Positions 58,399 to 64,000 of a stretch of 64,000 nucleotides of DNA are shown here, piece by piece. A model generated the notes under the pieces. The model was given only the letters and a program-made list of their open reading frames with translations. It made no database searches and was not told the origin of the DNA. The translations under genes were made by a program, and so were the position numbers. The DNA comes from an uncultured Eubacteriales bacterium (lineage in GTDB: Bacteria; Bacillota; Clostridia; Lachnospirales; Lachnospiraceae), in assembly GCA_900317515.1 (NCBI GenBank), contig ONHA01000015.1, positions 2,049 to 66,048 on the forward strand, written 5' to 3'. Position 1 is the first letter of the stretch. Every line of letters begins with the position of its first letter.

Positions 58399-59424
58399 TT
58401 ATACCTTGATCTCCCCCGAGAGGATCTTCTTGTAGTCGATCAGGTTCTCCAGGAGAAGGTTCGGCGTGTCGAGCCCGTAGGGGCACTTCGATTTGCACTT
58501 GCCGCAGCGGATGCAGTCGTCGATCCGCAGCATCTTCTCCTGCCACTCGGGCGTGAGCCAGTTCGCCGACGGAGCCCGGCGGATCATCTGCCGCATCCGG
58601 GCGCAGTCGTTGATCTGAATCCCCACCGCGCAGGGCATGCAGTAGCCGCAGCCCCGGCAGAAATCGCCCATGAGCTCCTCGCGGTCCTTCGCGATCGCGG
58701 CTTTCCTCTCCTCATTCATCTCCGGCTGGTCTACAGCGAAGCTGAGAAACTCATCAAGCTCGCGCTCTCTCTGCACGCCCCAGATTGGAAGGACAATATC
58801 GTGCTCGCACATGAACGCGTAGCAGAGGTCCGCATGGTTTAAGAGACCGCCCGCGAGAGCCTTCATCGCGATAAAGCCCATTTTGTACTCCCGGCACATC
58901 TCGACGAGCCTGAGCTCCCTCTCCGTTGCAAGATACGAGAAGGGGAACTGGAGCGTTTCGTAGAGCCCGCTCTCAATTGCCTCCTCCGCGATATGCAGCC
59001 TGTGGTTCGTGATACCGATGTGGCGGATCTTGCCCTGGTCCTTGGCCTCGAGCGCCGCCTCATAGAGCCCCGTGCCGTCGCCCGGCTTCGGACAGAACGG
59101 CGGATTGTGGAACTGGTAGACGTCGATATAATCCGTCTTAAGGAGCGAAAGGCTCGTCTCGAGGTCCTTCCAGAAGTCCTCCGCCGTCTTTGCCATGGTC
59201 TTGGTTGCGATAAAAATGTCATTTCTCACATCCGAAAGAGCAAGCCCGATCTTCTTCTCGCTGTCCGAATAGGCCCGGGCGGTGTCAAAATACCGGATCC
59301 CGTTGTCATAAGCCTTCCGCAGCAGCATCCCCGCATACTCCTCCGAGACTCTCTGGATCGGCAGCGCACCGAAACCGTTCTTCGGAACCGTGATTCCCGT
59401 ACTTCCCAGTGTAACTGTCAGCAT
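58399..59424 (-). CDS. Aldo/keto reductase with a C-terminal 4Fe-4S domain
   Basis: GFGALPIQR, FDTARAY, CRGCGYCMPC and CIRCGKCKSKCP motifs. Confidence 0.9.
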   Translation of the reverse strand: MLTVTLGSTGITVPKNGFGALPIQRVSEEYAGMLLRKAYDNGIRYFDTARAYSDSEKKIGLALSDVRNDIFIATKTMAKTAEDFWKDLETSLSLLKTDYIDVYQFHNPPFCPKPGDGTGLYEAALEAKDQGKIRHIGITNHRLHIAEEAIESGLYETLQFPFSYLATERELRLVEMCREYKMGFIAMKALAGGLLNHADLCYAFMCEHDIVLPIWGVQRERELDEFLSFAVDQPEMNEERKAAIAKDREELMGDFCRGCGYCMPCAVGIQINDCARMRQMIRRAPSANWLTPEWQEKMLRIDDCIRCGKCKSKCPYGLDTPNLLLENLIDYKKILSGEIKV

Positions 59425-59436
59425 AAAAATACCTCC

Positions 59437-60759
59437 TTACAGTTTTCTGATTGATCTGATGAGGATCGGCACCTCCAGGATCGACATCGCGAACCAGCCG
59501 GTGAAGCAGGCCCACGGCACCGCCTCGATCCCCATTTTGAAAATGAAAACATACAGCACGCAGCTAAGAAACCGCATGCCCATATTCATGATACTGGCGA
59601 CCAGGGTAATCTTCATATTTCCGATTCCGCGGAAATACCCCTGAATTCCGTTGGTCAGCGCCGGCATAAGATACATGAGCGCGATCAGCCGGAGGTAGGT
59701 CTCCCCCTGCATAAGCACCGGAGCCTCATCCGTAAAGAGCCGCATGCCTGCCCCGTAGAAGAGAAAGAGCAGCACCGAAGCCGTCACTCCGAAACCCGTT
59801 TCCAGCGCCATCCCGACAAAAAAGGCCTTTTTTACTCTCTCCTTCTTGCCTGCGCCGTCATTCTGAGCCATCACCGCCGTCATCGCGTTGGCGATATTTC
59901 TCCCCGGGATCAGCGAGAAATCATCGATCCGGTTGGCCGCCGCGAAGCCGGCCGTCGCAGCCGCCCCCATCGAGTTGACGATTGCCTGGACACCCAGAAT
60001 CCCCATCTGGATCGTCGACTGCTGGATCGCGGTCACACTCCCGTAGGTCACCGTCTTCCTAAACATGGTCCTGTCAAATAAAAACCAATCCTTCCCCATA
60101 TTGAGGAAAGGGATTTTCCTCACAATATAGAGGTAGGCCAGCAGGCAGCTTAAGCCCTGGCACACCAGCGTGCTGAGCGCACAGCCGGCGATCCCCAGCT
60201 TAAACACCACGACCGCGACGATATCCCCGACGATATTGAGCCCTGCGCTAAGCGTAAGAAAATACAGCGGCGTCACACTGTCCCCGAGCGCCCGGAGTAC
60301 CGACGAAAAATAATTGTAAATGAAATTAAAGATCAGGCCCAGCCCGACGATCCTGAGATACAGTACCGCCGTCCCGAGTATCGCCTCATCCACCTGCAGG
60401 ATCCTGAGAAGGATCGGAGCCCCCGGCACGACCGGCACCGTGAGGATCAGGGCGAACACGCATCCTGAGACCATGCCGGTGCTGACCTGCCGCCTGAGCC
60501 GCTCCGTCTCGCCGCCCCCGAAGAGATGGCCGATCAGAACCGCGCACCCAAGGCTGATCCCCTGCATGAACATAATGAGGAGGGACATCAGCGGGTTGCT
60601 GGTCCCGACCGCCGCGAGCTCTCCGCTACCGACAAAACGGCCGAGTATGATCGAGTCCACCGCATTGTAGGTAAGCTGCAGGATGTTGCCGGCGATGAGC
60701 GGCAGCGTAAACTGAACCAGCAGCTTCAGGGTGGACCCCTCTGTCATATCATGTGTCAT
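59437..60759 (-). CDS. MATE-family efflux transporter
   Basis: GNILQLTYNAVDSIILGRFVG, LNIVGD and AQNDGAG; about 12 TM helices. Confidence 0.92.
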   Translation of the reverse strand: MTHDMTEGSTLKLLVQFTLPLIAGNILQLTYNAVDSIILGRFVGSGELAAVGTSNPLMSLLIMFMQGISLGCAVLIGHLFGGGETERLRRQVSTGMVSGCVFALILTVPVVPGAPILLRILQVDEAILGTAVLYLRIVGLGLIFNFIYNYFSSVLRALGDSVTPLYFLTLSAGLNIVGDIVAVVVFKLGIAGCALSTLVCQGLSCLLAYLYIVRKIPFLNMGKDWFLFDRTMFRKTVTYGSVTAIQQSTIQMGILGVQAIVNSMGAAATAGFAAANRIDDFSLIPGRNIANAMTAVMAQNDGAGKKERVKKAFFVGMALETGFGVTASVLLFLFYGAGMRLFTDEAPVLMQGETYLRLIALMYLMPALTNGIQGYFRGIGNMKITLVASIMNMGMRFLSCVLYVFIFKMGIEAVPWACFTGWFAMSILEVPILIRSIRKL

Positions 60760-60774
60760 ATAAATATCTTTCTG

Positions 60775-62274
60775 TTATCTGAGTTTCTTGTAAAGCTTAG
60801 CGTAATCGATCGTATCCTTCGGGAGAACGACTTTCAGAACTTCCTCCGTATCTCCGTCCACCATCTTATCAAAGGTTACTTCCAGCGTCCAGTCATATAT
60901 TTTTCCCTCGTTCAGCACCTGGCAGAGCGCGGTGTACGCGCAGGCCTTCCCGGCGATATACTCGAGCTTCTCCCTCGGGACGTCACTGTTCATCCGGATC
61001 GAGAGCCCCTGATAGACCTTGTTCATATTGTTAAATGCAAGCCCATACCAGGGATCATACGACCGAAGACTCTCCTCAAGCGCATCAAGCTCCTTCTCAT
61101 AGGTGCGGCGCAGCCTCGAAAGCTCGCGGCCCTTGCCCTCTATGCGCACAGCACTGCCCGAAACCTCAAGATTTCGGTAATAGTCTCCCTCCATAGCCTC
61201 AAGTTCGGCCGCGAAGGTCTCTGCATCTGTCCCCAGCATCGAAAGAAGTGTCTCATCGATGAGAACCGTCTCCATCTCCGTACCGTCGTCGAGGTTCAGA
61301 TCCGTCGCCGCATTGATCACCTCGACATCGATCTCTCCACGGTCATCGTCATAAGAGAAGGAATGCACCTCTCCGTCCTTTCCGACAAAGGAAAATGAAC
61401 CCCAGTCTCCCGTAAGCACATATCCCTCCATCTCAAGGATCCGGTAGAGCGTTCCGCAGGGCACACTGTAGAAACTCCAGCCCGCATAGGAGTAGCCCGG
61501 GTAAGCCGCCGTCTCCTCTCCGATCCGCCGAATCTCGGTGTTGTAGGGATCTGCCTGAATGGCCGCGCTTCTCTCTGCTATACTGTACTCGTCCATCCGG
61601 TCAAGGGCTCCGCTCGATATAGAGTCCATGAGATATCGGTTCTCGGCCTTTCTGAGCTCTTCCGCCGTCTCCTCATCCGTCATGCGGGCATCGAAAAATA
61701 CTGAATAATCGTTCCCTGCCAGCCACCGATCGCGGGCCTTCCCCGTATCGCTTCCCCGGAAACTCAAGTATATTACCGTGTCGTTGATCGTCGGATAAGA
61801 ATTCGCATGCTCCCGGTAGGCCTTAACGAAGATCGGTCCCTTCTCAAAATCCACCCGTCGCCCGAGCCCGCACACAATCCTGTGCCTGTAAACCCGGCCG
61901 CTTTCGTCTGTCATTTCCTCGATTCTGAAATCTTCCGGCAGCTCAAACGTCTCAAGCAGGACACACTCCTTCTGATATGCCAGATCGTCCGTGATCTGGT
62001 TTGTCACCCACTCGAGCCCCCAGTAGTGATCGTCGTAGACATGAAAGACCAGGTCCTCCGTGAGCGCAAACGCATCCGTCGACACCGTCCACATCCGGTC
62101 GGTGTATCCGTCCTCTCCTTCGACCTCCACGGGTCCTTCGAGTATGGAAAATGAAGAGATCCCCATCTCCTCCCTGATATATTTTTGAATATCGTCTTCT
62201 TTATAGTCTTTTGTGCAGGCCGTAAGGAGCAGCACCATGAGCAGCAGCGCGGCCTTGAGGATTGTTTTTTTCAT
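60775..62274 (-). CDS. Hypothetical lipoprotein
   Basis: MKKTILK...LLLTAC lipobox. No recognised motif. Confidence 0.75.
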   Translation of the reverse strand: MKKTILKAALLLMVLLLTACTKDYKEDDIQKYIREEMGISSFSILEGPVEVEGEDGYTDRMWTVSTDAFALTEDLVFHVYDDHYWGLEWVTNQITDDLAYQKECVLLETFELPEDFRIEEMTDESGRVYRHRIVCGLGRRVDFEKGPIFVKAYREHANSYPTINDTVIYLSFRGSDTGKARDRWLAGNDYSVFFDARMTDEETAEELRKAENRYLMDSISSGALDRMDEYSIAERSAAIQADPYNTEIRRIGEETAAYPGYSYAGWSFYSVPCGTLYRILEMEGYVLTGDWGSFSFVGKDGEVHSFSYDDDRGEIDVEVINAATDLNLDDGTEMETVLIDETLLSMLGTDAETFAAELEAMEGDYYRNLEVSGSAVRIEGKGRELSRLRRTYEKELDALEESLRSYDPWYGLAFNNMNKVYQGLSIRMNSDVPREKLEYIAGKACAYTALCQVLNEGKIYDWTLEVTFDKMVDGDTEEVLKVVLPKDTIDYAKLYKKLR

Positions 62275-62382
62275 TTCAGTACCGTCTTTTAGCAAAATGT
62301 AATGTCGCAGTCAGTGAAGCCTCTCATTTCCGCCATCCCTGCAGCACTTTCGGTCTGCCGCACTCTGTGCAGAACCTGTATC

Positions 62383-63207
62383 CTACAGCGCCTTCTTCGG
62401 ACAGTTCCTCACGCACTCCATGCACAAAATGCACTCCGTCCCATTCTCCCGCTTCCTCGAATTGTCCGTGACGTCAACATTCATCGGACACACCCGTTTG
62501 CATTTACCACAGGAAATGCACTTATCCTTATCGCACGTCACCCGAATCACCGAATAATAGCTCATCGGCTTCAGAAACACGGTGATCGGACAGATGTATT
62601 TGCAGAACGCCCGGTTGTCCTTGAACGCAAACGCCAGGGCGATACCGACACCGTAGTATGCAGCATTCCCGATGATGAATGCCCAGAACATAATACGCTC
62701 AAGATTCCCGACCTTCGCCAGGAAAAGCGCTGCTACGAAAATGAAAGACGCCGCAAACGTAACGTACCTGATCCACCCGATTTTTTTCCTCGGCTGAGCC
62801 GGCGTCTTGTAAGGCAGGAAATCCAGCACCATCGCCGTCCAGCAGGCATATCCGCACCAGCCTCTTCCGAAGAAGAGCGGCCCAAATATCTTCGCGACAG
62901 CGTAATGAATCGTCGCCGCCTCGAACACCCCGGTGAACAGGTAGTACCAGAAGCCCTCGATCTGCATATTTTCATTGCAGATGAGCCCCAGGTAAATGAG
63001 CATGTAAAGCCCGACCAGCAGCTGCACAACCCGCCTTGCATGCTTATACTCCCTGATAAACAGGAACATCCCGAGTGAAATCGAAATACCGATATAACTG
63101 AAATTGAACAGATAAAATATATTGTTCTTCGTCAGCCACAGCGTCACGGCGATCGTCTCAAAAATCGCAAGCATCATGACCGGCAGAAGGTAATTTCTTT
63201 TCTGCAT
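62383..63207 (-). CDS. Membrane 4Fe-4S binding (NapH/polyferredoxin-like) protein
   Basis: GRGWCGYACW, FCKYICP, CISCGKCKRVCP and CILCMECVRNCP motifs. Confidence 0.9.
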   Translation of the reverse strand: MQKRNYLLPVMMLAIFETIAVTLWLTKNNIFYLFNFSYIGISISLGMFLFIREYKHARRVVQLLVGLYMLIYLGLICNENMQIEGFWYYLFTGVFEAATIHYAVAKIFGPLFFGRGWCGYACWTAMVLDFLPYKTPAQPRKKIGWIRYVTFAASFIFVAALFLAKVGNLERIMFWAFIIGNAAYYGVGIALAFAFKDNRAFCKYICPITVFLKPMSYYSVIRVTCDKDKCISCGKCKRVCPMNVDVTDNSRKRENGTECILCMECVRNCPKKAL

Positions 63208-63261
63208 AAGCGCCCCCAGTGTTCTGCATTTCCGAACCGGCCCGGTTCAGTTTTCGAGGTT

Positions 63262-63363
63262 TTACCGAACCAGCTCCGCCCCCTTCGAGGCCTCCGTGAG
63301 CAGTGTGTCCGTGTTCCAGCCTTTTCTCGGTCCGGCGTTAACAACAATAATCTTTTTACTCAT
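63262..63363 (-). pseudogene. Internally deleted flavodoxin/NADPH-dependent FMN reductase family gene
   Basis: RBS and MSKKIIVVNAGPRKGWNTDTLLTEASKGAELVR*. The N-terminus is the [GA]xPRKxxNT FMN-binding start of this family but the ORF is only 33 aa. Confidence 0.7.
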
Positions 63364-63402
63364 TTTTCCTCTCTATACTCCACAAATCAATCTTCATAAA
63401 AA

Positions 63403-63819
63403 TCACAGCAGGCCGCTGATCACACTAAGATACTTCTTATCACACTCTTCAAAGAGTTCTTTGCCTTCCATTGCATAAGCGGCCAGAAGGTGCTCCCTTG
63501 CGAGCTCCTCATTTCCGGTTTCATACAGACACTCTCCATAGCGCAGCCGGGTGAACGGGTTCCCGTATTCCTCGTACTCCACCATCAGCTTCCGGAAGCA
63601 TTCCAGCGCTGCGCCGAAGTCCATTAACCAAAAATGACAATCTCCAATCGCCGCAAGCACCCACACAGACGCTTCCCACCGCTGCTTCGGTTCAGGGATA
63701 AGGTCAAGCGCCTTGCTGTACTCCTCCAGCGCCTCCGGGAATCTGCCGTGGTAGAACAGCCTCTCACCTTCATCGCTGTGTTCTTTGATTTTTTCATATA
63801 AGGCAGGATCCAGTTCCAT
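63403..63819 (-). CDS. TPR-repeat protein
   Basis: Helical repeats ALEEYSKALDLIP, WVLAAIGDCHF and RYGECLYE. Confidence 0.8.
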   Translation of the reverse strand: MELDPALYEKIKEHSDEGERLFYHGRFPEALEEYSKALDLIPEPKQRWEASVWVLAAIGDCHFWLMDFGAALECFRKLMVEYEEYGNPFTRLRYGECLYETGNEELAREHLLAAYAMEGKELFEECDKKYLSVISGLL

Positions 63820-63851
63820 ATTACCACTCCTCACAAATCTCAATCTTCCCT

Positions 63852-64000
63852 TCACCCAACCGTACACAACCTCCCCCTGAGAACATACCCGATCTTCTCA
63901 TAGCACGCATTCGACGCCGCATAATCCGCATCCGTATAGAGCATCGGCACGTACCCCGCCTCCTGCGCCCTCACCGTCACCTGATAGACCAGGTTCTCCG
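63852..64000 (-). CDS. GNAT-family acetyltransferase, C-terminal part (5' end outside the window)
   Basis: Manual translation ...ENLVYQVTVRAQEAGYVPMLYTDADYAASNACYEKIGYVLRGRLCTVG*. Confidence 0.8.
   Translation of the reverse strand, partial: ENLVYQVTVRAQEAGYVPMLYTDADYAASNACYEKIGYVLRGRLCTVG

Overview
The window looks like chromosome from a GC-rich anaerobic Firmicute (Lachnospiraceae/Clostridia-like, inferred from gene content), with most genes on the minus strand. The first ~6 kb is a visibly more AT-rich, decayed integrative element next to tRNA-Pro(CGG). It carries kdpE, a frameshifted kdpD, a single-ORF KtrB-KtrA (TrkH-TrkA) fusion and a truncated tyrosine integrase, and ends in an interrupted duplicate of the tRNA 3' half. 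The core region holds ispF, paaK with a broken ACT gene, a GH2 beta-galactosidase behind nth-udp-deoD-deoC-cdd, panE, an Ldh_2 oxidoreductase, an S9 peptidase, dtd, udk, an Opp-type ABC system, thiN, an L,D-transpeptidase, a serine hydrolase, an sdh/frdCAB operon, feoAB, a sirtuin, a class II UvrA, msrC, an aldo/keto reductase and a MATE pump. The best candidate for an undescribed system is the module at 48.8-54.6 kb. It has a 7TM pseudokinase, a HisKA_3-type kinase and a LuxR-type regulator, followed by a 104-aa protein with Cys-Gly at an exact 20-residue period and three exported or sortase-anchored proteins. Other notable items are an HTH-AAA-PD-(D/E)XK gene with a perfect operator palindrome over its promoter, a 34-bp perfect REP-like palindrome cluster, an Frd/Sdh flavoprotein lacking the FAD-linking His, and several short-deletion lesions that may be real decay or assembly error. 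All family assignments come from motif recognition, not database searches.
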